A stretch of DNA of 64,000 nucleotides from an uncultured Gammaproteobacteria bacterium (lineage in GTDB: Bacteria > Patescibacteriota > Microgenomatia > Curtissbacterales > GWA2-41-24): positions 3,614 to 67,613 of the forward strand of contig CAZLVB010000001.1 of NCBI GenBank assembly GCA_964562855.1, in the 5' to 3' direction. Shown here piece after piece: positions 45,664 through 54,906 of this stretch (positions within the stretch are counted from its first letter, which is position 1; every line of letters begins with the position of its first letter). Below the pieces are notes generated by a model. The model worked only from the letters and a program-made list of their open reading frames with translations. It was not told the DNA's origin and searched no databases. A program made the position numbers and the translations under genes.

Positions 45664-46851
45664 TTAAGATTCTTTCCAGATCAGCAGCGTATTTAAAAGA
45701 TAGTTTGCGAATAATCCGATAATTACTCCTACTGCCAAGCCGATTTGCTCATGAAGAGAAAGAACTCTGGCAAAAAATAAGATAGAAGTGAGCTGAATTA
45801 GTGGGCTGGCAAAGGATGTCGCATTAAATTTAAGAAACCTTAAAAAAATGGAGCCGTCGCGCGAACGATGTTTAAATGTCCAATTATCGTGAAACAGAAA
45901 GTTCAAAATTATAGATAGCTCGATAGAAACTATTGACGAAACTAAAAGCCTATCAAGAGTAACTGAAAATACTTTAGGTGCATGCTCGAAGCTGGGAATA
46001 AAGCTGAATAGAGGTTTTGCCAGTATTGGCAAGAAATAAATCTCTCCCCTGTTGAAAATTCCCAGCGTTATAGCATTTGTTAAATAACTTGCCACACCGA
46101 CTGTCAAAAATTTAAAGAAGGTTCTTGAACGTTCAATTCTAACCCTAATGCCAAATTTCAAAACATCCAAGGTGTAGGCAATAATTTTGGCTTTTGAATA
46201 GCCCCTTTTGCGGTCTTCGAAAGTTATAGGTATTTCTTTAATCTTTGCGCCAGCTTTGATAGCAGCATATAAAAAAGCCGGTTGAATTATGTAAGTTTTA
46301 GCCCTCCATGGAACTTTTGAAAAATCGATTTTTTCGAATAATGTTTTAGTAAAAACTCTGTAGGAATTTGTATATTCAGATAAATTAAACGTACCCCAAC
46401 TAAATTTACAATAGAGAGCAGAACCCCTTGTAAAGAGTCTCCTGTGCCATCCCAGTCGATTCTTACCACCTTTTGTGAGCCTTGAACCGTTTACTAAATC
46501 GAAACCTTTTTTTATGTATTCAACCATTTTAGGTAGCGATGCTGGGTCATGTGACAGGTCTCCATCCATTTGAGCAAGTACATCGGCTTTGAGTCTGTCA
46601 ATTGAATAACGATGTCCCTTGACGATGCCTACACCCAACCCTTTTTGTTTCACATCCAGGTAGTGCACTTTTGGATTTATTTTGGAGATTCTTTTTACAG
46701 TTTCTGCAGTACCGTCAAGAGAGTGACTGTCAGAAACTAAAACGTGCAGATCGAAATCCGGCAGTAATTTGGAAGCTTGGAGAATTTTTTTTATTACTTC
46801 TTCTATATTCTCTCCCTCGTTATAGGTAGGGACATTGACCACAAGTCTCAT
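45664..46851 (-). CDS. GT2 polyprenyl-phosphate glycosyltransferase fused to a C-terminal GtrA-like membrane domain
   Basis: 395 aa; the N-terminal 230 aa form a GT2 body ([13 protein letters not shown]...DGDLSHD); the C-terminal about 130 aa contain four TM helices of GtrA type ([20 protein letters not shown]). Confidence 0.65.
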   Translation of the reverse strand: MRLVVNVPTYNEGENIEEVIKKILQASKLLPDFDLHVLVSDSHSLDGTAETVKRISKINPKVHYLDVKQKGLGVGIVKGHRYSIDRLKADVLAQMDGDLSHDPASLPKMVEYIKKGFDLVNGSRLTKGGKNRLGWHRRLFTRGSALYCKFSWGTFNLSEYTNSYRVFTKTLFEKIDFSKVPWRAKTYIIQPAFLYAAIKAGAKIKEIPITFEDRKRGYSKAKIIAYTLDVLKFGIRVRIERSRTFFKFLTVGVASYLTNAITLGIFNRGEIYFLPILAKPLFSFIPSFEHAPKVFSVTLDRLLVSSIVSIELSIILNFLFHDNWTFKHRSRDGSIFLRFLKFNATSFASPLIQLTSILFFARVLSLHEQIGLAVGVIIGLFANYLLNTLLIWKES

Positions 46852-47825
46852 CTGGAATTTTTCTTGAGGAGGTCTATATCTGCCTCGACCATTATCTTGA
46901 CAAGATCTTTAAAGGTAACTTGAGGCTGCCAACCCAAAATTTTGCGCGCTTTTGTGGAATCACCGATAAGAAAATCGACTTCGGCTGGTCTGAATAATTC
47001 CCGGGAAACTTTTACATATTTTTTCCAATTTTTTACGCCAATTACCTCAAAAGCCTCTTGGCAGAATTGGGCAACGGAGTGATTTTCCCCAGTTGCTATA
47101 ACAAAATCATCTGGAAGCTTTTGCTGGAGCATCATCCACATAGCCTTCACGTAATCTCCGGCAAAACCCCAGTCACGTTTGGCATCCAAATTCCCGAGTA
47201 CAATATGATCGGAAAGCCCTAGAAATATTCTGGCAACACCGTGGGATATCTTTCTGGTAACAAATTCTAAACCCCTCCTTGGCGATTCATGATTGAAAAG
47301 AATGCCGCTTACCGTAAACAAATCATATGATTCTCTGTAATTAATGGTGATCCAATGCGCATATACTTTTGCCACACCATAGGGGCTTCTTGGATGAAAT
47401 GGCGTCTTTTCATTCTGTGGTGATTCTTTAACCATCCCGAACATTTCAGATGAAGAGGCCTGGTAAAATCTGGCATCAGGCTTTACTTGCCGTAGGGCTT
47501 CGAGCATTCTGGTTGCACCCAAAGCGGTAAATTCCCCCGTAAGAACTGGTTGTGACCATGAAGTTGCGACAAAGCTTTGAGCTGCCAGATTATAGACCTC
47601 ATCGGGCATTGATTCAGACAGAGCCGAAGTTAACGACTGCTGATCTAAAAGATCACCCGGGATGAGAGTTATTCTATCCTCGATATGTTTAATTCTTTCG
47701 TAATTTGGCGTTGAGGTTCGTCTTGTCAGACCGAATACTTTATAATTTTTTGACAGCAAGAACTCTGCCAGATAAGATCCGTCCTGGCCTGTTATTCCCG
47801 TGATTAATGCTTTTTTTTGTGCCAT
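46848..47825 (-). CDS. gmd: GDP-mannose 4,6-dehydratase
   Basis: 325 aa; [33 protein letters not shown] and [12 protein letters not shown] canonical Gmd motifs. Confidence 0.85.
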   Translation of the reverse strand: MAQKKALITGITGQDGSYLAEFLLSKNYKVFGLTRRTSTPNYERIKHIEDRITLIPGDLLDQQSLTSALSESMPDEVYNLAAQSFVATSWSQPVLTGEFTALGATRMLEALRQVKPDARFYQASSSEMFGMVKESPQNEKTPFHPRSPYGVAKVYAHWITINYRESYDLFTVSGILFNHESPRRGLEFVTRKISHGVARIFLGLSDHIVLGNLDAKRDWGFAGDYVKAMWMMLQQKLPDDFVIATGENHSVAQFCQEAFEVIGVKNWKKYVKVSRELFRPAEVDFLIGDSTKARKILGWQPQVTFKDLVKIMVEADIDLLKKNSR

Positions 47826-47828
47826 TTT

Positions 47829-48824
47829 TTAATTTCTTGCGCTTTTTCGTTCAAACTCAATTGTATCAGATAAGGTTTTTTCTATTGGAATTTCTGGTAT
47901 CCATCCTGTTTGCTTTCTAAATTTTTCGAAATTGCAATACACTTTTTTTATTTCAATCGGCCTGAATAAATTTTTATTAACTCTTATTTTAATTTTTACT
48001 TTCGAAAATAATATCAGTTTTTTAAGAATATCAGCAATTTTGTAAGCTTTTTGCGAACCCAGATTATAAACTTCGCCGGGTTTACCAATTTCAGCGGCTA
48101 AGAAGTAGGCTCTGACCATGTCTCGCACATCGGTGAAGTCTCGCCAAACATCCAGATTGCCAACCTCTATTGTCCCGCCGTTATTTTTTTCAAGTGCCGC
48201 AATTTGTTCAGCAAACGCTGGTACAACAAAGTGGGGTGCTTGTCTGGGTCCGATGTGATTAAAAGGCCTAACTCTTACAATCTTTAGTTTACTTTGTAAG
48301 AAATACTGGAGGCCTAACATGTCCTGGGCTACTTTTGATACGGCATAGGGGGAAACTGGCGCAATGGGAGCATTTTCATCCACAGGTAAATGCTTGGCAT
48401 CTATATTCCCATATTCTTCCGAAGAACCAATAACCAAAATCTTTGCTTTGGGATTGGTTTCTTTTACGGCATTAAGTAAATATATCTGCGGAAAAATATT
48501 ATTGGCAAGAGTTTTTTTGGGAGTTTTAAAGCTTTCGGCTGCCGAAGAAACCGCAGCCAAATGAAAAACGTAATCCGGCTTAATATCTAAAACGTGATCT
48601 CTTACCTCTTTTTTTTTAAGTATGTTGCATGGTGACAAGTTAAGTTTGTGCTCAATGTGGGCAAGATTTTTAATTGAGTGATCGGGATGAAAGAATCCAA
48701 AAATTGTAAATTTTTTGGCAAGAAGGTATTCGGCAAGATGACTGCCGGCAAAACCAGCAATACCTGTGATAAGAACCTTCTTCGAAGAACCTTGATTCCT
48801 GACGGAATTTAAAGCTTTTTTCAT
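47829..48824 (-). CDS. rmd: GDP-4-dehydro-6-deoxy-D-mannose reductase (GDP-D-rhamnose synthase, Rmd-like)
   Basis: 331 aa SDR enzyme; VLITGIAGFAGSHLAEYLL, VRVRPFNHIGPRQ, DVWRDFTDVRDM and YNLGSQ align with characterised Rmd motifs. Lies immediately downstream of gmd. Confidence 0.7.
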   Translation of the reverse strand: MKKALNSVRNQGSSKKVLITGIAGFAGSHLAEYLLAKKFTIFGFFHPDHSIKNLAHIEHKLNLSPCNILKKKEVRDHVLDIKPDYVFHLAAVSSAAESFKTPKKTLANNIFPQIYLLNAVKETNPKAKILVIGSSEEYGNIDAKHLPVDENAPIAPVSPYAVSKVAQDMLGLQYFLQSKLKIVRVRPFNHIGPRQAPHFVVPAFAEQIAALEKNNGGTIEVGNLDVWRDFTDVRDMVRAYFLAAEIGKPGEVYNLGSQKAYKIADILKKLILFSKVKIKIRVNKNLFRPIEIKKVYCNFEKFRKQTGWIPEIPIEKTLSDTIEFERKSARN

Positions 48825-50125
48825 CGGCCGATTCCCACATATTTAAATCCTAATTGTTTTACCTTATCTATAACGAAAAAATTGCGGCCATCTATAATAA
48901 TCGGTGTTTTTAGGAGCCTTTTAACAAGTCTTAGATCCAGTTCTTTAAATTCAGACCATTCTGTAATCAAAACCAGTGCGTCACAGCCCGAAAGGGCACT
49001 GTAGGCGTCTTTTGCGAATTTGATATTTGGCAAAATCCTTCTGGTGTTTTCCATGGCTTGTGGATCATAGGCGGTTATTTTCGCCTTTAGATCCAAAAGG
49101 TGTTTGATAATTTTGATTGCCGGTGCTTCCCTGATATCATCTGTGTTTGCTTTAAAAGCCAGTCCCAAAACAGCCAATCTTTTGCCTTCCAGATTTTTTC
49201 TTTTGCCTTCAGGCGCATCAAGGGCGTTTCTAATCTTGGTGATAAATTTAAGAATTTGATTCTCGTTAATGGCATCTACCGCCCTTAGAAGTGCCAAGTC
49301 GTAGCCGAAAAACTGACCGATTGAAATAAAAGCCAAGACGTCTTTAGGCAGACAAGAGCCACCATAACCTACACCGGGATATAAGAAAGAGCGCCCGATG
49401 CGCTTGTCTTGCCCTACTCCTTCCAGCACTTTTTCGACATCCGCGCCGACCTTTTCGCAGAGATTTGCAATATCGTTTGCAAAGGAAACTTTCGTGGCCA
49501 GGAGTGCGTTTGATGCGTATTTAATTAATTGAGCGCTGCGCATGTCACAGATAATACGATTTCCGGAAATCGGCGCGTGCAATTCCAAAAGCATCCTTTG
49601 AGCCTTCTTGCTTGCAGAGCCGATAACAATCCTGTCTGGATTGAGCGTGTCTTCAATAGCTGTTCCTTCTCTTAAAAACTCAGGCGACGAGGCAAATTCA
49701 AATTTACTTTTGGCATATTTTTTGGCAGTTTGTTCAAGATCATCCTCGAAACCGATTGGAATGGTACTTTTTATGGTAATCAGAGTATATCCGGCAAGAT
49801 TTTTAGCCGTTTCTTCGACCGCTGAAAAGAGATATGAAAGATCCGCCTCTCCGTTATTTTTCGGAGGTGTTCCGACACAAATAAAAACTATTTTGGATTT
49901 CGGGACGGATTGGCTATAACTTGTAGTGAAAAGGAGTCTTTTTGCGTTTATATTTCTTTTGACATAATCTGCAAGTTGCGGTTCAAAAAAAGGTATTTTG
50001 GCTTTTTTTAGATTTTCAACTCTCTTTTTATCAATGTCGACACAATAAACCTTATTTCCTAAATCCGAAAAAATAGCTGCGGTGACTAATCCAACATAAC
50101 CAGCGCCGACTACTGTCAGAGTCAT
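48821..50125 (-). CDS. ugd: UDP-glucose 6-dehydrogenase
   Basis: 434 aa; MTLTVVGAGYVGLVTAAIF Rossmann motif; catalytic GGSCLPKD. Confidence 0.8.
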   Translation of the reverse strand: MTLTVVGAGYVGLVTAAIFSDLGNKVYCVDIDKKRVENLKKAKIPFFEPQLADYVKRNINAKRLLFTTSYSQSVPKSKIVFICVGTPPKNNGEADLSYLFSAVEETAKNLAGYTLITIKSTIPIGFEDDLEQTAKKYAKSKFEFASSPEFLREGTAIEDTLNPDRIVIGSASKKAQRMLLELHAPISGNRIICDMRSAQLIKYASNALLATKVSFANDIANLCEKVGADVEKVLEGVGQDKRIGRSFLYPGVGYGGSCLPKDVLAFISIGQFFGYDLALLRAVDAINENQILKFITKIRNALDAPEGKRKNLEGKRLAVLGLAFKANTDDIREAPAIKIIKHLLDLKAKITAYDPQAMENTRRILPNIKFAKDAYSALSGCDALVLITEWSEFKELDLRLVKRLLKTPIIIDGRNFFVIDKVKQLGFKYVGIGR

Positions 50126-50172
50126 ATTAAAAGGGTATCACGGGTACCAAAAGTACCACAAGTTCTTGGTTA

Positions 50173-51069
50173 CTATAGTAATTTTCCGCTTGACTGTTCA
50201 TATATGGTCTTTATTCCCTGCTCCCAATCGGTGGGTGTAAAGCCTAACTTTTTGATTCTCCCTGTTTTTAAGCCGCCATTAATTGGCCGTGGGGCCGGAA
50301 GTTTCGTTGTCAATATGGAGCCTTTCTTAACGGTTTGCGAATCACCGCCGAATTTATCTATTAGAGATTTTGCGAAATCGTATGGAGTTGTTATTCCGGG
50401 ACTTGCTATGTGGAAAATTCCTGATTCATTTTGGTCTAATATTAATTTGGTTGCAGGAGCAAGATCATCGATGAACGTGGGTGTGAAAAACTGGTCAGAA
50501 AACATCGGGAACAAACTTTTTTGGCGATATTTTCTTAAAATTGCCTTCGCAAAATCATCCTTATTTTGGAATCTTCCTCTATAAGGATAGGCGATCCTGA
50601 TAATAATAAAGTCCAGAAGCATCCTTTCAGTCTGCTTCTCCCCCTCCATTTTTGTGATACCGTACCAAGAAATTTTACTAATGTTTTTGGCTGGTGGGTC
50701 TTTCTCATTGTATGGTCCGCTTGTGCCGTCGAATACAAAATCTGTGGATATAGATATTAATTGTCTTTTAAATTTCCGTGCAGATTCCGCAACATTTTTT
50801 ACTCCTGCTACATTGATTTTCCAACAAAGGGCACTCTTGTCACCTCGCTGCTTTTCCGCTTCGTCGACATCGGTGAAGGCGGAAAATAAAATTAGAGCTT
50901 GAAAATTGTTACTCGAAAAAAAATTATTTACTGATTTTTGATCTGTTATATCTACGGGCCATTGACTATGCAGATCTGCCTCTATTATCTCGAAATTTTG
51001 GCGAGACAGCTGGCAAAATCTCGACCCAACCATCGATGAAGAACCAATAACCGCCAGGGTCGTTTTCAT
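50173..51069 (-). CDS. rfbD: dTDP-4-dehydrorhamnose reductase
   Basis: SISTDFVFDG motif. The ORF track extends to 51132, but an ATGA start/stop overlap with rfbB at 51066-51069 and the MKTTLAVIGSSSMVG Rossmann N-terminus favour a start at 51069. Confidence 0.7.
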   Translation of the reverse strand: MKTTLAVIGSSSMVGSRFCQLSRQNFEIIEADLHSQWPVDITDQKSVNNFFSSNNFQALILFSAFTDVDEAEKQRGDKSALCWKINVAGVKNVAESARKFKRQLISISTDFVFDGTSGPYNEKDPPAKNISKISWYGITKMEGEKQTERMLLDFIIIRIAYPYRGRFQNKDDFAKAILRKYRQKSLFPMFSDQFFTPTFIDDLAPATKLILDQNESGIFHIASPGITTPYDFAKSLIDKFGGDSQTVKKGSILTTKLPAPRPINGGLKTGRIKKLGFTPTDWEQGIKTIYEQSSGKLL

Positions 51070-52076
51070 CTTGTAACATATTGTTTTTGATAATAGTCCT
51101 GAAATGATCTGTCCTTGAGCTTTTTCCACCAATTCTCATTATTTTTATACCATTCAACGGTTAATCTTAGTGCTTTATCGAAATCATATTTTTGTGACCA
51201 TCCAAGTTCTTTCTTTATTTTTGAAGCGTCTATAGCATATCGTCTATCGTGACCCGGACGGTCTTTAACGTATTCAATCATCTTCTTATCTTGACCTAAA
51301 ACTTCTAAGATTTTTTTTACGACCTCTAAGTTGGCAATATCACTATCAGTTCCGATAAGATAAGTTTCTCCAACTTTACCTTTTTGTAAAACTGTCTCGA
51401 TGGCGCGTGCGTGATCTTCGACATAAAGCCAGTCGCGCACGTACAAGCCATCCCCATAAACAGGAACTTTTTTGCCTTCCAAAATATTGGTGATTGCCAG
51501 CGATATTAGTTTTTCCGGATATTGATACGGACCAAAGTTGTCCGCACAGTTTGTGATTGTAATCGGCAAACCAAAAGTAACATAGTAGGCCCTGACTAAA
51601 TGATCTGCTGCGGCCTTAGAAGCAGAATAGGGGCTTCTTGGGTTGTAAGGAGTATCTTCTGTAAATCTTTGAGCTGATTCCAGCTCTAAAGCACCAAAAA
51701 CTTCATCGGTGGAAATGTGATGAAAGCGTTCAACTTTTTCTTTATATGCAGCTTCAAGCAAAACTTGTGTGCCCAAAACATTGGTTTTGACAAATATTGA
51801 AGGGTCCATAATTGATCTGTCTACATGACTTTCGGCGGCAAAATGGACAACTATATTAACATTCTTCATCGCTTCTTTGACTATCTGGGCATTGCAGATA
51901 TCGCCTTTTATAAAAGTGTAATTTGGACTTTTTTCGACATCGGCGAGATTCTCTAAATTACCGGCGTATGTCAAGACATCTAAATTAACGATTTCATCAT
52001 CAGGATGATTTTCCAGCCAGTAGTGGATGAAGTTGGAGCCGATGAAGCCGGCCCCCCCAGTAACAAGTAACTTCAT
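51066..52076 (-). CDS. rfbB: dTDP-glucose 4,6-dehydratase
   Basis: 336 aa; MKLLVTGGAGFIGSNFIHYWL and YSASKAA motifs. Confidence 0.85.
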   Translation of the reverse strand: MKLLVTGGAGFIGSNFIHYWLENHPDDEIVNLDVLTYAGNLENLADVEKSPNYTFIKGDICNAQIVKEAMKNVNIVVHFAAESHVDRSIMDPSIFVKTNVLGTQVLLEAAYKEKVERFHHISTDEVFGALELESAQRFTEDTPYNPRSPYSASKAAADHLVRAYYVTFGLPITITNCADNFGPYQYPEKLISLAITNILEGKKVPVYGDGLYVRDWLYVEDHARAIETVLQKGKVGETYLIGTDSDIANLEVVKKILEVLGQDKKMIEYVKDRPGHDRRYAIDASKIKKELGWSQKYDFDKALRLTVEWYKNNENWWKKLKDRSFQDYYQKQYVTR

Positions 52077-52804
52077 TTTTCTTTCCTGATCTCTTCGGCT
52101 ACCTGAAGGTTGGCACGCAGTAGCTCATCAAACGAAGTTCCGGCATCAACCCACCAAGTATTGAGCATTTTGCAAATCATTGTTCCTTCAGAAACATAAA
52201 AATTATTAAGATCGGTGACTTCCAACTCTCCTCTGCCAGATGGTTTTTGCTTTTTAATAAAATCAAAAACCCGCCCGTCATACATATAGATTCCTGTCTG
52301 GCCTATGTCGCTTTTAGGCTTTTGCGGCTTCTCTTCAATCGAAACCACTTTGCCACCTTTAACCTCTATTACGCCATATTGCTTACTGGCAGTAGACATG
52401 TGTTTACCGTAAACAACGGCACCTTTTTCTACTTTTTCAAATTCCTCAACATCTTTTTGAAGCGACTGGGTAAAAATGTTGTCACCAAGAATTACCAGTA
52501 GTTTACCTGTATCTGCAAAATCTTGCGCTAAATTTATTGCCTGGGCAATGCCTCCTGCATCTTCCTGAATTTCGTAAGAGAGTTTAAGACCAAAGTCCTT
52601 GCCGGATCTTAATAGATTAATAAAAGCTCCGCTGTGGCTAGGGCCGGTAATTACAAGTACGTCCCTGATGCCCGCTTTAGCCATCGCCTCGAGCGGATAA
52701 AAAATCATCGGCTTGTTATAAATTGGGAGAAGATGCTTATTGGTAACCCAAGTCAAGGGACGAAGACGGGTAGCATTGCCGCCAGCTAAAATAACGCCTT
52801 TCAT
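52073..52804 (-). CDS. rfbA: glucose-1-phosphate thymidylyltransferase (short-form sugar nucleotidyltransferase)
   Basis: 243 aa; MKGVILAGGNATRLRPLT is the G-x-G-T-R-L pyrophosphorylase motif. Sits in an operon with rfbB and rfbD. Confidence 0.7.
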   Translation of the reverse strand: MKGVILAGGNATRLRPLTWVTNKHLLPIYNKPMIFYPLEAMAKAGIRDVLVITGPSHSGAFINLLRSGKDFGLKLSYEIQEDAGGIAQAINLAQDFADTGKLLVILGDNIFTQSLQKDVEEFEKVEKGAVVYGKHMSTASKQYGVIEVKGGKVVSIEEKPQKPKSDIGQTGIYMYDGRVFDFIKKQKPSGRGELEVTDLNNFYVSEGTMICKMLNTWWVDAGTSFDELLRANLQVAEEIRKEK

Positions 52805-52807
52805 TAT

Positions 52808-52846
52808 ATTTATTTGCTAATTATACAAGAGAAAAGACTGTCTCTT
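52808..52846 (-). promoter_or_regulatory. TTGTATAAT -10 box 16 nt upstream of the rfbA ATG, directly preceded by a 6-bp stem hairpin (AAGAGA-aaagactg-TCTCTT, 52827-52846)
   Basis: Minus strand: aagagacagtcttttctcTTGTATAATtagcaaataaatataaATG. Confidence 0.4.
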
Positions 52847-52859
52847 CAAAATTGGACCT

Positions 52860-53549
52860 TTAAACTTCAACAAGCACCGAGATTGGTAGATGATCAGAAG
52901 CTCTTGAGTTTTCAACATCGAAAGAGCTTGTTTTTAGATCTTTTGTCGTAAATATGTAGTCTAACCTCGTATCGACAGACTGAGGATTACATACCATACA
53001 TCCGGCAGGGTAAATACTCCAGGTCGGTTGTGATAAAGGATCTGAATCATTAAGAACTTTTTTAACTTTTTTTATAACTTTACTTTGAGGTGTCGCGTTA
53101 AAATCACCCATCAAGATTGCATTTTTGTTTGGTATATGTTTAAGGAGATTTATTACTTGTTCATCTTGCTCGTCCAAATGTTTTTGATGAGTGTGGATAA
53201 GATGTGTGCTAAATATATGCAGCGCTTTATCCTCAAACTGAATGTCAGCCCTAATAGCTGCCCGAGGATTGTTCTTTGAGAGGATATAGGTTTCGGTTTC
53301 AAAAATTTTGTATTTACTAAAGATTGCTGGCCCATCGTTATATACTTTTCCACGCCAAGTATGCTCAACTGGCGCAAAAATATGATAATAGCTCAATTTC
53401 TCAAGGGAACTGACGATATTTCTTTTAGGATCATCAGGCACTACTTCCTGTAAACCAATTATGTCTGCATTTGATGTTTTTAGAAAATCAACAACTTGAT
53501 CGAATTTTCCATTAATCCAGATATTCCAGGAAAGAATTTTCAGCTGCAT
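52860..53549 (-). CDS. endonuclease/exonuclease/phosphatase (EEP) family protein
   Basis: 229 aa; ILSWNIWINGKF...IGLQEV N-terminal EEP motif; C-terminal SDHLP. Confidence 0.6.
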   Translation of the reverse strand: MQLKILSWNIWINGKFDQVVDFLKTSNADIIGLQEVVPDDPKRNIVSSLEKLSYYHIFAPVEHTWRGKVYNDGPAIFSKYKIFETETYILSKNNPRAAIRADIQFEDKALHIFSTHLIHTHQKHLDEQDEQVINLLKHIPNKNAILMGDFNATPQSKVIKKVKKVLNDSDPLSQPTWSIYPAGCMVCNPQSVDTRLDYIFTTKDLKTSSFDVENSRASDHLPISVLVEV

Positions 53550-53559
53550 AGTTAAGCTT

Positions 53560-54468
53560 TCATTTCCGATAAAAATCGATTGTTCTTTTCAAGCCCTCGG
53601 TAAGATCTACTTTGGCTTTCCAGCCGACAGCTTTTTGGAGTTTTTTACTTGAGGCATAATTGGCGGCAACATCACCGGGCCTTTTTCCAAGATCATCAAT
53701 CGGGACCTTATAGCCGACGATTTCGAAAATCTGATCAACTACATCTTTTACTTTAATACCTTTTTCGGTTCCAATATTAAATATGTTAAATCCCGAAAGA
53801 TTCAAAACGTCTATATGAGCTTGTGCCAAATCTTCGATATAAATGAAATCGCGTATTTGTTCTCCCTGCCAGTAAAGTGGGATCGATTTTTTGGCAAGTG
53901 CCCCTTTGATGAAATTTGGGATGGCATGTGTTTCCGGTACATGCCGTTCTCCTGGACCGTATGGATTGAAATAACGCAAAATTATCGTATCGATCCCGTA
54001 AACTGTGTTAAAAGACTGTAAGAACGACTCGATTGACGCTTTACAGGCACCGTATGGATTGTCCGGTCTGACTGGCGCATCTTCTGTGATTGGCAATTTA
54101 TCGGGAGTTCCATAAACACAGGCGCTTGATGAAAAGATAATCTTTTTGACACCAACGTCTCTCATACTTTCCAAGAGCGAGACAGTGCCTATTACGTTAT
54201 TGTTGCAGTAGCCTATCGGGTCTTCGACCGATTCGGGAACGATGATGAGTCCCGCCATATGAATGACAGCATCTATACCCTTAAGCGCCTGTTTTGTCTT
54301 TTTTCCATCCCCTATGTCAGCAATTTGCAGTTTTGCACGTTTATCCACAAGATCTTTGTACCCCCTTTTAAGGTTATCCAAGACGACAACGTCGTGGCCT
54401 TTATCAAGAAGCAATCTTGTTACATAAGAGCCGATAAAGCCAGCACCACCGGTAACTAGAACTCGCAT
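53560..54468 (-). CDS. galE: UDP-glucose 4-epimerase
   Basis: 302 aa; MRVLVTGGAGFIGSYV, SSACVYG and YGACK motifs. Confidence 0.75.
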   Translation of the reverse strand: MRVLVTGGAGFIGSYVTRLLLDKGHDVVVLDNLKRGYKDLVDKRAKLQIADIGDGKKTKQALKGIDAVIHMAGLIIVPESVEDPIGYCNNNVIGTVSLLESMRDVGVKKIIFSSSACVYGTPDKLPITEDAPVRPDNPYGACKASIESFLQSFNTVYGIDTIILRYFNPYGPGERHVPETHAIPNFIKGALAKKSIPLYWQGEQIRDFIYIEDLAQAHIDVLNLSGFNIFNIGTEKGIKVKDVVDQIFEIVGYKVPIDDLGKRPGDVAANYASSKKLQKAVGWKAKVDLTEGLKRTIDFYRK

Positions 54469-54788
54469 TAGTCAAATTTACTTTTTTCGTATTTGGGCAA
54501 AACTATTTTACCCTTTTTCCCATTAAGCGGTATGTTAAGAGCATAGGCTAAAGCATTTGCGACAGAAACCCCGACTCTTGTTCCCGTAAACGAACCAGGG
54601 CCAGGATTAACCTCGATAGCTTTTAAATCGGCAAGCGATATTTTTTTCTTTTTTAAAATTTTGACTATCAAAGGCAGCAAAACTTGCGACCCCGGTTTCT
54701 GTTTCTCTACCAGCTGTATGCTGCCGCTTTTGTCGACTAGTTCGACTTTTACTTCTTGTGATTTGGTGGTATCAATTTTAAGAATCAT
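54468..54788 (-). CDS. tsaB: tRNA threonylcarbamoyladenosine biosynthesis protein TsaB (short, N-terminal-domain-only form)
   Basis: 106 aa; VNPGPGSFTGTRVGVSVANALAYAL matches the TsaB/YeaZ signature. Only about half the usual length. Confidence 0.65.
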   Translation of the reverse strand: MILKIDTTKSQEVKVELVDKSGSIQLVEKQKPGSQVLLPLIVKILKKKKISLADLKAIEVNPGPGSFTGTRVGVSVANALAYALNIPLNGKKGKIVLPKYEKSKFD

Positions 54789-54811
54789 CCTTCGGCCTCA
54801 CTCTTGTCATT

Positions 54812-54906
54812 CTCGACCTGATCGAGAATCCAGTTTCTGGATTCCTGCGAGTTTACCCTGAATAGATTCCCGCTTTTCCGCCAGAGGCGGACCCGCCTTT
54901 GGCGGG
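54812..54906. repeat. GC-rich cluster of four consecutive perfect stem-loops between tsaC and tsaB, overlapping the tsaC 3' end
   Basis: Hairpins: CTCGA-cctga-TCGAG (54812-54826); GAATCCAG-ttt-CTGGATTC (54826-54844, 8-bp stem); CCGCC-aga-GGCGG (54878-54890); CCCGCC-ttt-GGCGGG (54892-54906). Local GC content is far above background. Confidence 0.7.

Noticed and set aside
51066-51132. 67-nt overlap between rfbB and a long rfbD N-terminus
   Set aside because: The N-terminal 21 aa of the ORF-track rfbD (MVEKAQGQIISGLLSKTICYK) precede the Rossmann motif. An ATGA start/stop overlap at 51066-51069 gives a canonical start, so the long overlap is an ORF-caller artefact.
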